A program made the translations under genes and the position numbers. Under the pieces are notes generated by a model. The model saw only the letters and a program-made list of their open reading frames with translations. It did no database searches and was not told the origin of the DNA. From the NCBI GenBank assembly GCA_973895155.1, contig OZ316899.1, forward strand, positions 10,042,287 through 10,106,286: a stretch of DNA of 64,000 nt, written 5' to 3'. The DNA is from Marsupella aquatica. Lineage: Eukaryota > Plantae > Marchantiophyta. This document shows positions 48,101-59,000 of this stretch, piece after piece; position 1 is the stretch's first letter, and every line of letters starts with the position of its first letter.

Positions 48101-49825
48101 CTAAGGGAGAAGGACGAGATGCTCGAACAGACTTACGCCAAGATGAACCAGATGGAGTCTGTCATCATTGCAGAGCTCGACAAGGAGCTAAGAGCAACCC
48201 AGGAGGAGAGGGCTACCTTGAAGAAGGAATTGGAGGAAGCCCACAGGGAGCAGGAGGAGGCCAAAAACGAGCTGGAGGGGGCACGTAAGGACCTGGATGA
48301 AACCCAAGAGGAGTTGGAGGAAATCACGAGGAAGATGGAGAACCTACAGCGGCGGGCCGACAACCAAACAGAGCGGCTGAAGAAACAAGCCGCAGTATTT
48401 AAATGCTTAGCTGCAGCAGGTCCATCTCCTGTTGGGACAAACCAGTTACCAGGGGTGGTAATTGCCGAAGGACAAGCCGCGCCACCTGCACCAGTGCCGG
48501 AATTAAGTGGGAAGGGGAAGGGACCAGCTGCCGAGCCACCAACGAAGAAGAAGCGGAAACCTTCAGGGTCAAGGAGTAATACGACTTCACAGGCCGTGGT
48601 GATCAAGGAGGTAGACCCAGCACCGACCCCAGACAGGGTCACGGCTAAGGATCCAACTACCCTAGGGGAAGGGGAAGCCGAAGCCGAGGGAGTGGCTGAA
48701 GCCGAAGCCGTGAGAGTGGCTGAGGCCGAAGCCGTGGGTATTGCCGAGGCCGGTGTCGAGGCTGAAGCCGAAGGTGGACCCAGTCAGGCCGAGGGAGAGT
48801 TGACTCGGTCAAGGGCAGGTAATCTGTCAGTAGGCGGGCCAACGGCAGTGGCTGCGGAGGAAGTGTTGGGGGCGTCCATTGAGGATCCACCACCGGTGTC
48901 GTGACGGTGCAAGGGCGCCGTTCCTTTTAGGGAGGGCGGACGTGGAGGGAGGAGGCGTGAGTGGGCAGGGCGGGCATGGATCTCCACGTTTAGGATTAGG
49001 ATCAGAACCAGGAGCGGCCCTGACACTTAGCTTAGTGGGATTGCGGTCCCACTGGTAGGAGCAACACTTGTGCTCCTGCCTTGCTGTACATAGGTAGATT
49101 CGGGCAAGTAGATTACTGTTAAGTAGATTAGGCTTACGATGCAAAGAATGGCGGATCCACTACCAGGATAAGTACCTGGGCAGCGGGGAGCTCAGGGCCT
49201 CTTCTTTAGCAAGTTTTTAGTTTGCACCAGCCGGGCTGGGATCAAGTAGTACGAGAAGCTCTCGGTTAGTCATACAGTGACCCTTGTGTATATTCATGTT
49301 TCCTCATGCCTAAGAGCTGAATAGAGTTGGCCTCACGGCTTAGTTCGCAGAACTTGTGTATGAGATGTACTGTTTGTATGGCAAGTGCATGGTATGACTC
49401 AGTCAGAATGAGTCATTTTGCTATTTGTGTGTCGCATTAACTTGTGTGAAGAGTGCCCACATCAACAGAACGAAGGAAAGTAAGCAGGGGAGTGAGAGTT
49501 GGATGTGTCGAGCTGAGAGAGGTCTTAGCGGCTTAACCAAGCCTATTGGGGATCATTCCGGCGGCGGAATCCAAACATACCTAACAAGACGGAGGGGAAG
49601 ACAGGGGAAGACAGGGGAAGGCCTATATTAGGCCGGCTACGTATCTCATGACCCGATGAAGGATCTGTCCAGTATATGTGTGTAAAATGTTAATAGTAGT
49701 AGTAGAAGGTTAGCAGCGTCCCATGCCGCTAAGCCGCGGAAACGGCCTCGCCAAGCGCGAAACCTGCGGGAATCGGCTTGAGCTGGGGGGTTTCTTGGGT
49801 TTAGGGAGCCATGGGACGCACCACA
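45169..49825 (+). repeat. 5' LTR of the gypsy element (4657 bp)
   Basis: Direct repeat at a constant offset of 10881 bp. Confidence 0.96.
45284..48904 (+). CDS. LTR-encoded ~1206-aa protein (copy 1): Athila-ORF1/plant-transposon-domain-like region, acidic linker, long coiled coil, basic NLS-like motif, AEAE repeats
   Basis: Uninterrupted ORF from the first ATG at 45284; LLEFVGSW...IYGKDFYLTPKVIAEVFGLP; E/K/Q/L heptad-rich region; PPTKKKRK; domain identity is tentative. Confidence 0.85.
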   Translation: MEPGQRPEVRLRVKTRLGLWRVKRRRLGRINGKKDRQRRGVRSACRRWWLICEHELGRRLREANYCQLLRQALGERVDTDDQPKEGMSNVNQAAHFWGCLFERATEYIKTYEDEESERAARERQELARLWELQKTAFLGGELIKDEFLWTPTSNQLDDLLFCKDSVVGIREAIKNCNDIHWELKGSTERWTQATVLGETSTAAEMKRKGAVNDEATPAKRTRSTAPKKPAEQQSRRQGEAEEEEVDPIKAIPTRDDTWKGWAATLPVEVQLHFAREEDACFTAMQTKKYQGFMAGSGLEAFVRLPWLKPEVPESDLLEFVGSWEPETNCTRIYGKDFYLTPKVIAEVFGLPMGNKTKVDTRKTLPDKEFRSFPGPSTKNGFFRNTCTNPHIGEMIDFLRVTMHCNLPRAEIGKAQVYLAERPDPSRDYNGYLLNQLKKILKEEQQVIGMGSVSRLGYHMPLLCRYARGQTFAPVLPLQVRAPEEAPTPRPLAEKPQPPVSPTIEQVFRPRKEDLPMQQPGMQSLLKLLEKEKKSASATTTATATMPDTTTEVGLHRLTRENPFAGDERIRPESKPGVRMYVGTSSSESEAELPEAPTEEEEREKPEIQEVEEAVEDCSHDNSGYGSDHHVPGVRTCGRFVPTLPRVVRGDPNQQSSPESPPPDVAPPSFDGIKQTVQEFQERIKQEEEAALAKEKDLPGGDWPEDIRRLAEKGSKPLATIEEIRRTAWEQRPRWAMPITSTYSTYAKNRAMEYGEMCGELALGIFGEELEVGPFFHREQLEKHQLEEAVALERSKKDEVIRRLRRMEAEIEDLRAAKKAQDELRIKRHELNIMQGQLDAAQADNQNIKDKLTQTQEELADTIQEREKWKQELKNTEEAHITANSRAMAETQRKEWALKGELEKIRGALEQKEVELGKSYQGIMALQQELASLTASFKADLREKDEMLEQTYAKMNQMESVIIAELDKELRATQEERATLKKELEEAHREQEEAKNELEGARKDLDETQEELEEITRKMENLQRRADNQTERLKKQAAVFKCLAAAGPSPVGTNQLPGVVIAEGQAAPPAPVPELSGKGKGPAAEPPTKKKRKPSGSRSNTTSQAVVIKEVDPAPTPDRVTAKDPTTLGEGEAEAEGVAEAEAVRVAEAEAVGIAEAGVEAEAEGGPSQAEGELTRSRAGNLSVGGPTAVAAEEVLGASIEDPPPVS

Positions 49826-49894
49826 TTTTTGGCGCTAGATGGAGGGGGCATTTCTTAAGCCGTGAGATATGAAGTTAGAACGGAAGCGTAGGTA

Positions 49895-52888
49895 ATGACT
49901 GACCTTACGCCGAGGGAAGAAAGAGTGATTCAACGGGAGAGAGCTCGACTACAGCAGCTCGCCGGGTGGCATGATACACAGCGACTGAGAGGGGCAGAAA
50001 GAGCTGGTAGCTCCGAAACTGGAAGTGGCGTCGAAGAAGACATACCAGAAGAAGAGTCGGTAAGGAGAAGTGAGTCTCCAACCGACATGGGGGAACCAGA
50101 GGCACGGCCAGACGAGAGGCCAGGGACCAGATTGAGCCAGCGGTCGCGCATACATTACAAGGCATTTCATGGGAGAGGAGATGAGGATCCGGACGAATGG
50201 TTGGATGATTTCGAGGGAACCGCTGCAGCAAATGGAGAATCGGCCATCAAGATGCAGATTCTTCCCGGCCTGTTCAAGGGTGAGGCTAGGCCTTGGTACA
50301 GAGCATTAGATGTGGAAGATCAAGCCATCTGGGATATCTTCAAAACACTCTTTGTTAAGGAGTTTCGACCCATTGGAACTTCAGAACTAGCAGTGCTGAA
50401 GTTGGGACAACTTCGGTTCAAGGAGAACAAATCCTTCAGGAAGTTCTTGCAACGCTTTCAGAAACTGGTAAGACGTACAAAGACCAATGCATCTGAAGGT
50501 ATGCAACTTCAATGGTTGGTGAATGCTTTGCCACAGAAGATGAGTTTTGCAATTAGGAAGGAGAACCCGGAGACCTTAGCCGAAGCAATTAAGGATATTC
50601 AATTATACATTAATGCAGATATCACAAGCCGGAAGAAACAGCTTAAGTCTGAGAGTTCCTCATCAGAGGAGGGATCACCCCATAAGAAAAAAGATAAGAA
50701 GAAGAAACATTCCAAGAAGTCTAGAAGTGATAAGTCAAGCTCGAATAGTGGGAGTAGCAAGAGTGAGTCATCTTCTAGTTCTGAAGAAGAAAAAACTAGG
50801 AAAAGGAAGGGCAGAAGGAGAGGGAAGACGAAAGTCAAGATGGAGGCTAAGCCACCAGATAACATCGTAGCCCTTACCGAGCAACTTAAGACTATCATTG
50901 CAGAGGTAAAACCAAAGAAGAAGGTAGTACAGGAGGATAGCTCTGTATGGTGTGCCTTATGTTATAAAACCGGACACCATAAAGATGCTTGTCCTAAGCT
51001 TAATACTAATCATGTTCGGCATGTGGCCGAGATCAGACCATGTCAGGGAGAAGTAGAGTACTTTTTGGGAGATGCCGCTGATAGTGTTTTCGGCATCAGT
51101 GAGACTGGAGCACGAGACCTATCCAACAGACCTGCATCTCTGTGGTCAGGGTTAAGGAACAATCCAGGAGAGATGTATCCTCGGATTATTCAGAACCCGT
51201 CAGTACCTCCTAGGCCGAATGTGCAAAGATTTGCGGCGTGCTATAATTGTGGTCAACCTGGCCATTTTGCTAGAGAATGCCCGAATGCACGCAAACAGGG
51301 TGATGGACAACCAGCTCAGCTATGTATGGGATGCCGACAGGAAGGTCATATGCTAGGGCAATGTCCTACTTGGTTGGCAGGCCTGGCCGCAAATCATAAG
51401 CTTTTGCCGATCAAGATCTTACCGCCAGGTACTACCCCCGGAGGAGTTCAAATCAACCACATCGAACTAGGATGGCAAGAGGATGCCGAGGCAGAGTTCG
51501 TACCATCTGATGATGAGGCCGAAGCCCTATCAACCTTCTCAGAGGAGGATTTAGATCATGATTGCTACCGGGTCTCTACTCGATCTACCAGAAGGAAGGA
51601 AAGGTGGGATGGGCTGGCCAAAAATAAAGGGAAGGTTACGAAGGAAAGGATCGACTCTTCGTCAACATCAACAGAAGAAGAAGGGAGGGCTCCGGCAATA
51701 CAGGTAAGCCATGAGCCCACCATTGAAACCAATCCTTCACAAGATAGCGACTTCAATCGAGATCATCCTAAGTTGTTCTACCCCTCTGTTACGGCTAGTG
51801 TTAAGGAACAACTAAGAGAATTAGAAACCCTGGAGAATACCGAAGCCATTGCCAAGGATGTAAAACGAGCAAAAGCATTGTTTGCTTCGGAAGACCCAAC
51901 AGCTGTGGAGACTAGCGTGGCAAAACTGGCCGAATCCAAGATGGAAACACCACCAGAGGAGAAGCCGATTGTTCCCTATGACCTGGCTAAAGATGTACTA
52001 GAATCTAGAGTCTCGGCAACAGTAGGTCAACTATTGAAAAATAGCCCGTACTTCCGGAAGCAATTAAGGAAGGCTATTCTCGGCAAGCCGAGATTACCCA
52101 AGGTAGCAACCAGATCCGACGTACTAATGATAGAAGAAGATCAAGGAGCCCCAGCATTACCATTAATGATTCAAGGAGAATTATTACTACGGGTACCCAT
52201 CGATGGAGGATCAGGGGTATGTATTATGATTGATTCAACAGCAAAAGGGTGGGGTCTAACACCGGAGATGACTGGAAGAGTGTTGAACATGGCCAATGGA
52301 TATCAGGTCATTCCGACGGGAGTGTTAACCGGCATCAAGACAGAGATAGGAGGTATCTTCTTTAGCATTAACTATGTAGTAATGAAGCCGGTAAATCCTA
52401 CGTCATTCCGGCTATTGATTGGTAGGCCATGGCTGTACCTAGCCGAGGTAATAGAAGATTGGGGTAAAAAGCAGTTCACTTTCGGGACCCCCTCTATCAC
52501 GGTATCCTGGGACACTAAGGATGACCGTAGGAAAAGCATAAGGGAAGTAGATGGGTACGATAGTGGACTGGAGTCAGCCGATGAAGTACGTTGGTTAGAA
52601 TGCTTCACTAACCTAACCGAAGAAGGTGTCTTTGGACCAGAGGTACCCCCCAGCGGATTATGGCAAGAACCAATGGAAGGTGACTTGGAAGAAGAAGACG
52701 AAGAGGTCGAGGACTGCTTTACAATAGAATCCACCTTTTTAGCTGCAATTCCGGAGGAAGTTAAGGATGTAGACCAATTGGATGAAACGGCTAAGTGGGG
52801 AGCAATAGCAGGGACAGTGGATTTTCTGCAGGCGTTGTGGCAGAGCCGACGGGGTCCACAACGCCATCGATCATCGGCAAGGAATTAA
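49895..52888 (+). CDS. gag: Gypsy Gag plus aspartic protease (997 aa), three CCHC knuckles
   Basis: FHGRGDEDPDEWL, ARPWY, CALCYKTGHHKDAC, CYNCGQPGHFAREC, CMGCRQEGHMLGQC; PR VPIDGGSGVCIM...LLIGRPWL. Confidence 0.93.
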   Translation: MTDLTPREERVIQRERARLQQLAGWHDTQRLRGAERAGSSETGSGVEEDIPEEESVRRSESPTDMGEPEARPDERPGTRLSQRSRIHYKAFHGRGDEDPDEWLDDFEGTAAANGESAIKMQILPGLFKGEARPWYRALDVEDQAIWDIFKTLFVKEFRPIGTSELAVLKLGQLRFKENKSFRKFLQRFQKLVRRTKTNASEGMQLQWLVNALPQKMSFAIRKENPETLAEAIKDIQLYINADITSRKKQLKSESSSSEEGSPHKKKDKKKKHSKKSRSDKSSSNSGSSKSESSSSSEEEKTRKRKGRRRGKTKVKMEAKPPDNIVALTEQLKTIIAEVKPKKKVVQEDSSVWCALCYKTGHHKDACPKLNTNHVRHVAEIRPCQGEVEYFLGDAADSVFGISETGARDLSNRPASLWSGLRNNPGEMYPRIIQNPSVPPRPNVQRFAACYNCGQPGHFARECPNARKQGDGQPAQLCMGCRQEGHMLGQCPTWLAGLAANHKLLPIKILPPGTTPGGVQINHIELGWQEDAEAEFVPSDDEAEALSTFSEEDLDHDCYRVSTRSTRRKERWDGLAKNKGKVTKERIDSSSTSTEEEGRAPAIQVSHEPTIETNPSQDSDFNRDHPKLFYPSVTASVKEQLRELETLENTEAIAKDVKRAKALFASEDPTAVETSVAKLAESKMETPPEEKPIVPYDLAKDVLESRVSATVGQLLKNSPYFRKQLRKAILGKPRLPKVATRSDVLMIEEDQGAPALPLMIQGELLLRVPIDGGSGVCIMIDSTAKGWGLTPEMTGRVLNMANGYQVIPTGVLTGIKTEIGGIFFSINYVVMKPVNPTSFRLLIGRPWLYLAEVIEDWGKKQFTFGTPSITVSWDTKDDRRKSIREVDGYDSGLESADEVRWLECFTNLTEEGVFGPEVPPSGLWQEPMEGDLEEEDEEVEDCFTIESTFLAAIPEEVKDVDQLDETAKWGAIAGTVDFLQALWQSRRGPQRHRSSARN
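52819..52878 (+). promoter_or_regulatory. -1 programmed ribosomal frameshift signal (G GAU UUU plus H-type pseudoknot)
   Basis: Heptamer 52819-52825 phased in the gag frame; 5-nt spacer; stem GGCGTTGTGG (52831-40) / CCACAACGCC (52856-65); loop GCCGA (52845-49) pairs with TCGGC (52874-78); pol is in the -1 frame. Confidence 0.85.
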
Positions 52889-55800
52889 ATACCAAGGGAT
52901 CGGCATACAAGCCGATTACGAGGGCAGAACAAATTGAGGCCCTATTAGAAGCCGAGAGAGCACAGCGGCCTAACTCTCAGGAGCAAGAGGTGAATGAGAT
53001 GGACAGACACGATCCAGAGCCAAGGCAGGAAGGGGAGCCGACCACTAATTCAAAACCGAATAGACCGGTAAGGAGACCATCTATGGACACCAAGGAAGGG
53101 ACCGACTCGGCTAGTCCAGCCGAGATCCCAGTTTATGGAGGTATGAGATTAGAGAGACTGGAAGCCGAACTGGACCCGAATTTGAAGAAGCAGATTAATA
53201 TGATCCAAGCACGGCAATATCGGAAGCTCGACTTAGGAGAGGGAAGAGAACTGAACTTAGGGAGAAACCTAGCACCTGAGCTCGAGAAAGAGATCAGTGA
53301 CTTATTGATTGAATTTCAGGATGTGTTTGCATGGAGTCACCAAGATCTAAAGGGCATAGATCCAACACTAGGGGAACATCGAATTGATCTCATGTTAGGA
53401 GCCAAATCATTTCGACAACCAATTCGAAGGATGAACCCGAGGTATTCCCTGCTGGTCAAAACAGAAATCGACAAACTAGTGGAAGCTGGATTCATCACTC
53501 CAGTCCTGCATTCAGACTGGGTGTCTCCAATTGTGATAGTTCCCAAGAAAGCTGGACCCGATGGTAAACCCAAGATCCGGGTTTGTCAGGATTACAGGAA
53601 GCTGAATGAAGCAACATTAAAAGACCATTTTCCTTTACCGTTTACTGATATGGTACTAGACATGGTAGCCAGTCATGAACTATATTCATTCATGGATGGA
53701 TACTCTGGTTATAACCAAATCAGGATTCGGCAGGAAGACCAAATCAAGACGGCCTTCATCACGGAATGGGGGATCTATGTCTTCAATCGTATGCCGTTTG
53801 GACTCTGCAACGCACCAGCTATGTTCCAACGATTAATGGTGAACATTTTTCATGATTACTTGAGAAAGTTCATGGAAATCTTCATTGATGACTTTGCAGT
53901 ATTCGGGAAGGCATCGAAACATGCTAAATACCTCAGGAAAACCTTCATGAGATGTAGGGAGGTGGGTCTCAAGTTACACCCAGATAAATGTTTTTTTGCA
54001 GTAACCGAGGGGGTGCTACTAGGTCACAAGGTATCAAGGAAGGGCATTGAGATTGACAAAGGTAAGCTAGCAGTATGGCTAGATATCATGCAACCTAAGA
54101 ACATAAAGGATGTAAGATCCTTCTTGGGATGCATTGGTTACTATCGCCGGTTCATCAAGGATTTTGCCAAGCTAGCTTTACCATTAACCAATATGCTCAA
54201 GGCAGGAGCAGACTTCAAACCCACACCCGAACGAGTCACAGCGGTGGTAGAATTGAAGCAGATGTTAGTAGAGGCCCCAGTCATGATAGCACCGGACTGG
54301 AACAAAGATTTTCATGTTTTTGTAGATGTCTCGGGCTTCTGTATTGGCTCAGTACTAAGTCAGTTGGATGAGAAAAGAAGGGACCATCCCATATACTTCG
54401 CAAGCCGTCAGCTTGCCGATGCCGAACGGAACTACTCTACCACGGAAAGAGAAGCATTAGGAGTCATTTATTCTTGTAAAAAGTTTAGGCATTATTTACT
54501 AGGGTACAAGGTAATCTTTCATACTGATCATGAAAGTTTGAAGTACCTAGTCAATAAGCCGGACCTTACAGGCAGAGTAGCAAGATGGATTTTGCTATTA
54601 CAGGAGTTTGACTATGAGCTGAGGATCAAGCCAGGAAAGTTACATGCCAATGCCGACTTCTTTTCAAGGATCACAGGTAAACCTGCCACGGATTGCATCG
54701 ATGATCGATTCCCCGACGAGGAGCTATTCGTTGTGGAAATAGCTGGTACATGGTACCCTGAGATTTTACAATTTCTCAGCACTTCCAGATTACAGCCAGG
54801 ATTAAGCCGAGAGCAAGCCGCAGTCTTTGTGCGGAAGGTCAGACAGTATCAGTGCATTAAAGGCATACTGCACAAGCATGGAATCAACGGCACGATTCAA
54901 AGGTGTTTGGAGAAGAGAGAGGTAAAACGAGTCCTACGGGCCATGCATGGAGAGGAGGCCGGAGGACATTTTGCCCCAGTAACCACGTCTAAGAAGATAT
55001 TAAATGCCGGTTACTGGTGGCCCACCTTGCACAAAGATGTCTATCAGTTTATCAAACAATGCGATCCTTGTCAACGAGCGGGCGGACCAAGGGCGTCCAC
55101 CAGGCATCCACTGCACCCTATTCTACCTCTGGCACCATTCGAGAAGTGGGGTATTGATTACATTGGACCTCTGAAACCACTGACCCACCCTCGACGGAAC
55201 AAGTACATAATCCTGGCTACGGATTATGCAACTAAATGGGTAGAGGCCAAACCAACAACGAAGGATGATGCAATTACTACGGCTAGATTCATGTATGAGC
55301 AGATCTTCACCAGGTATGGAGCACCCCTAGAATTAGTTAGTGATAGAGGAACCCATTTTTTGAATGATATAATTAGTCGTTTAAATGAGCAGTATTTAGT
55401 TAAACATAGGCCTACTACTCCCTACCATCCAAAGGCAAACGGGTTGACAGAACGAGCAAACGGAATCATAGGAAAGATATTGAACAAAACAGTAGCTCAG
55501 AACAAACTCGATTGGGATGATAAATTGTTTGCTGCTGTTTTTGCTTACAATCTTGCCTATAAATCCACTACCGGTCATACACCCTTCTTCTTAACCTTTG
55601 GACAAGAAGCCCTGGTACCCATGCAACTTGAGATACCGACATTTCAAGTTACAATTGAGGAAAGAGCCTCAGCGGAGGAGAGCCTAAAGGAGCGAGAATA
55701 TAGGTTAGAAGCTTTAGAGGAAGCGAGAATGATTTCAGCCGAGAGAATAGAATATAGACAGAATATCATGAAGCAGCAGTATGATAAAAGGTTAAAAGTA

Positions 55801-56061
55801 GTTAGTATTCATACCGGTGATCTTGTGCTACTTTATGACAGTAGGTATAGTAGGTTTCCAGGAAAGCTTTACACTCGCTGGTTAGGACCCTTTAGAGTAA
55901 CCATGATGTTCCCCAATGGCTCCGTGCAATTGGCCAACATTACGGGAGAGGTATATCCAGTTCGCATCCATTATGACCGCCTCAAGAAATACTATATGGA
56001 CGAAGATGAAGTTGTTCGCGAGGACGCTTCACAATTAAGTGGGGAGCTATGTGATGCCTAG
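52819..56061 (+). CDS. pol: Gypsy Pol (RT-RNase H-integrase), no chromodomain
   Basis: WVSPIVIVPKK, DYRKLN, MDGYSGYNQI, MPFGLCNAP, FIDD; DVSG/YSTTEREAL/TDH; H...H...CDPC, GIDYIG, SDRG, TERAN, WLGPF; the stop lies inside the 3' LTR. Confidence 0.96.
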   Translation, partial: GFSAGVVAEPTGSTTPSIIGKELNTKGSAYKPITRAEQIEALLEAERAQRPNSQEQEVNEMDRHDPEPRQEGEPTTNSKPNRPVRRPSMDTKEGTDSASPAEIPVYGGMRLERLEAELDPNLKKQINMIQARQYRKLDLGEGRELNLGRNLAPELEKEISDLLIEFQDVFAWSHQDLKGIDPTLGEHRIDLMLGAKSFRQPIRRMNPRYSLLVKTEIDKLVEAGFITPVLHSDWVSPIVIVPKKAGPDGKPKIRVCQDYRKLNEATLKDHFPLPFTDMVLDMVASHELYSFMDGYSGYNQIRIRQEDQIKTAFITEWGIYVFNRMPFGLCNAPAMFQRLMVNIFHDYLRKFMEIFIDDFAVFGKASKHAKYLRKTFMRCREVGLKLHPDKCFFAVTEGVLLGHKVSRKGIEIDKGKLAVWLDIMQPKNIKDVRSFLGCIGYYRRFIKDFAKLALPLTNMLKAGADFKPTPERVTAVVELKQMLVEAPVMIAPDWNKDFHVFVDVSGFCIGSVLSQLDEKRRDHPIYFASRQLADAERNYSTTEREALGVIYSCKKFRHYLLGYKVIFHTDHESLKYLVNKPDLTGRVARWILLLQEFDYELRIKPGKLHANADFFSRITGKPATDCIDDRFPDEELFVVEIAGTWYPEILQFLSTSRLQPGLSREQAAVFVRKVRQYQCIKGILHKHGINGTIQRCLEKREVKRVLRAMHGEEAGGHFAPVTTSKKILNAGYWWPTLHKDVYQFIKQCDPCQRAGGPRASTRHPLHPILPLAPFEKWGIDYIGPLKPLTHPRRNKYIILATDYATKWVEAKPTTKDDAITTARFMYEQIFTRYGAPLELVSDRGTHFLNDIISRLNEQYLVKHRPTTPYHPKANGLTERANGIIGKILNKTVAQNKLDWDDKLFAAVFAYNLAYKSTTGHTPFFLTFGQEALVPMQLEIPTFQVTIEERASAEESLKEREYRLEALEEARMISAERIEYRQNIMKQQYDKRLKVVSIHTGDLVLLYDSRYSRFPGKLYTRWLGPFRVTMMFPNGSVQLANITGEVYPVRIHYDRLKKYYMDEDEVVREDASQLSGELCDA

Positions 56062-59000
56062 ACAGGAATCACTCGGCCGGTTAAGTGGGTAAAGCAGGAA
56101 GGCACCCTAGGAACACCTTAGTATAGTGACAAAACAAGGAAAATATAAACAATTAGGGGCAACCATGGAACCCGGGCAGAGGCCGGAGGTAAGGCTGAGG
56201 GTGAAAACCCGATTAGGGTTATGGCGCGTTAAGCGTCGGCGGCTAGGAAGGATCAACGGGAAGAAGGACCGGCAGAGGAGAGGGGTAAGGAGCGCTTGCA
56301 GGAGATGGTGGCTCATTTGCGAGCACGAACTAGGCAGACGACTACGGGAGGCCAACTACTGTCAGCTGCTTAGGCAAGCACTCGGGGAGAGAGTAGATAC
56401 CGACGATCAACCTAAGGAGGGTATGAGCAACGTCAATCAAGCGGCACATTTCTGGGGATGCCTGTTCGAACGGGCAACTGAGTACATCAAGACTTACGAG
56501 GACGAGGAGTCAGAAAGGGCAGCTCGAGAACGGCAGGAGCTCGCTCGATTGTGGGAGCTGCAGAAGACGGCTTTCTTAGGAGGCGAACTCATCAAGGACG
56601 AGTTCCTGTGGACGCCTACTTCCAATCAACTCGACGATCTTCTGTTTTGCAAGGACAGCGTCGTCGGCATCCGAGAGGCCATCAAGAACTGCAACGACAT
56701 ACACTGGGAATTAAAGGGTAGCACGGAAAGGTGGACCCAGGCAACGGTGCTAGGAGAAACCTCCACGGCAGCAGAGATGAAGAGGAAGGGAGCCGTCAAC
56801 GATGAAGCCACCCCGGCAAAAAGAACGAGGTCGACGGCACCAAAGAAGCCAGCCGAGCAGCAGAGCAGGAGGCAGGGAGAAGCCGAAGAGGAGGAGGTCG
56901 ATCCCATCAAGGCCATTCCAACCAGGGATGACACCTGGAAGGGCTGGGCGGCAACCCTACCGGTGGAGGTGCAACTACATTTTGCACGGGAGGAGGATGC
57001 ATGCTTTACGGCCATGCAGACCAAGAAGTACCAAGGCTTCATGGCCGGATCCGGCTTGGAGGCCTTTGTAAGATTACCATGGCTGAAGCCGGAGGTACCG
57101 GAGTCAGACCTATTAGAATTCGTGGGGTCATGGGAACCCGAGACCAATTGCACGAGGATATATGGGAAGGATTTCTATCTTACTCCCAAGGTGATTGCCG
57201 AAGTGTTTGGCTTGCCGATGGGCAATAAGACCAAAGTTGATACCAGGAAGACCTTGCCTGACAAGGAGTTCCGGTCGTTCCCCGGGCCATCAACGAAGAA
57301 TGGCTTCTTCCGGAACACCTGCACCAACCCGCACATAGGAGAGATGATCGACTTCTTGCGGGTGACCATGCATTGTAACTTGCCGAGGGCAGAGATCGGC
57401 AAAGCACAGGTCTATCTGGCAGAAAGGCCAGACCCAAGCCGGGACTACAACGGGTACCTCCTCAACCAATTGAAGAAGATCTTAAAGGAGGAGCAGCAGG
57501 TAATCGGCATGGGGAGCGTGTCGCGGCTTGGCTATCACATGCCGCTATTGTGCCGGTATGCCAGAGGTCAGACTTTTGCCCCGGTACTTCCCCTGCAGGT
57601 AAGGGCACCCGAGGAAGCTCCAACGCCGAGGCCGTTGGCTGAGAAGCCTCAACCACCTGTTAGTCCTACGATCGAGCAGGTGTTTAGGCCCAGGAAGGAA
57701 GACTTGCCGATGCAGCAACCAGGCATGCAGAGTCTGCTGAAACTACTGGAGAAAGAAAAGAAATCGGCATCGGCAACAACAACGGCAACGGCAACAATGC
57801 CGGACACTACTACAGAGGTAGGCCTACACCGGCTCACAAGAGAAAACCCCTTTGCTGGAGACGAGAGAATCAGGCCGGAATCCAAGCCAGGTGTTCGAAT
57901 GTACGTGGGAACCTCAAGCTCCGAATCTGAGGCAGAATTGCCTGAAGCTCCTACCGAGGAAGAGGAGAGGGAGAAGCCGGAAATCCAAGAGGTAGAGGAG
58001 GCAGTGGAGGACTGCAGCCATGATAATTCCGGCTATGGGTCGGACCATCACGTTCCAGGAGTAAGGACCTGTGGCCGGTTTGTCCCCACACTTCCAAGGG
58101 TAGTGCGAGGGGACCCCAACCAGCAGAGTAGCCCTGAGTCTCCCCCACCAGATGTTGCTCCCCCGAGCTTCGACGGCATAAAACAGACGGTGCAGGAATT
58201 TCAGGAGCGAATCAAGCAGGAGGAAGAGGCCGCCCTGGCTAAGGAAAAGGATTTACCAGGAGGAGATTGGCCGGAGGACATCAGGCGGCTAGCCGAAAAA
58301 GGAAGCAAACCTCTAGCCACAATTGAAGAGATCCGCAGGACGGCTTGGGAGCAGAGGCCACGATGGGCGATGCCGATCACTTCTACTTACTCCACCTACG
58401 CTAAGAATAGAGCCATGGAGTATGGTGAGATGTGTGGGGAACTTGCGCTCGGCATCTTTGGAGAGGAGTTGGAGGTAGGACCCTTTTTCCATAGGGAGCA
58501 GTTGGAGAAGCACCAATTAGAAGAAGCGGTGGCTTTAGAGAGAAGCAAGAAGGACGAGGTCATTCGGCGGCTTAGGAGGATGGAAGCCGAGATTGAAGAT
58601 CTAAGGGCGGCCAAGAAAGCCCAAGATGAACTGCGGATTAAACGACATGAGCTGAACATCATGCAGGGGCAGTTGGACGCCGCGCAGGCTGATAATCAGA
58701 ATATCAAGGATAAACTGACTCAGACGCAGGAAGAGTTGGCCGACACGATCAAAGAAAGGGAAAAGTGGAAGCAAGAGCTGAAGAATACAGAGGAGGCCCA
58801 CATAACAGCCAACAGCCGGGCCATGGCGGAGACCCAAAGAAAGGAATGGGCGTTGAAAGGGGAGCTCGAGAAAATCCGCGGAGCCCTTGAGCAGAAGGAG
58901 GTCGAGTTAGGGAAATCCTATCAAGGGATTATGGCGCTGCAGCAGGAGCTTGCGTCCCTGACGGCCAGCTTCAAGGCCGACCTAAGGGAGAAGGACGAGA

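Noticed and set aside
45284-48904. LTR ORF as an envelope gene, or as a myosin/SMC host gene
   Set aside because: No signal peptide, hydrophobic TM stretch or ATPase motif seen; coiled-coil similarity alone is non-specific.
49830-49848. Assigning a specific tRNA to the gypsy PBS, or counting its GGCGCTA as a MULE palindrome
   Set aside because: I cannot match the tRNA reliably without a search, and it is only a half site explained by the PBS.
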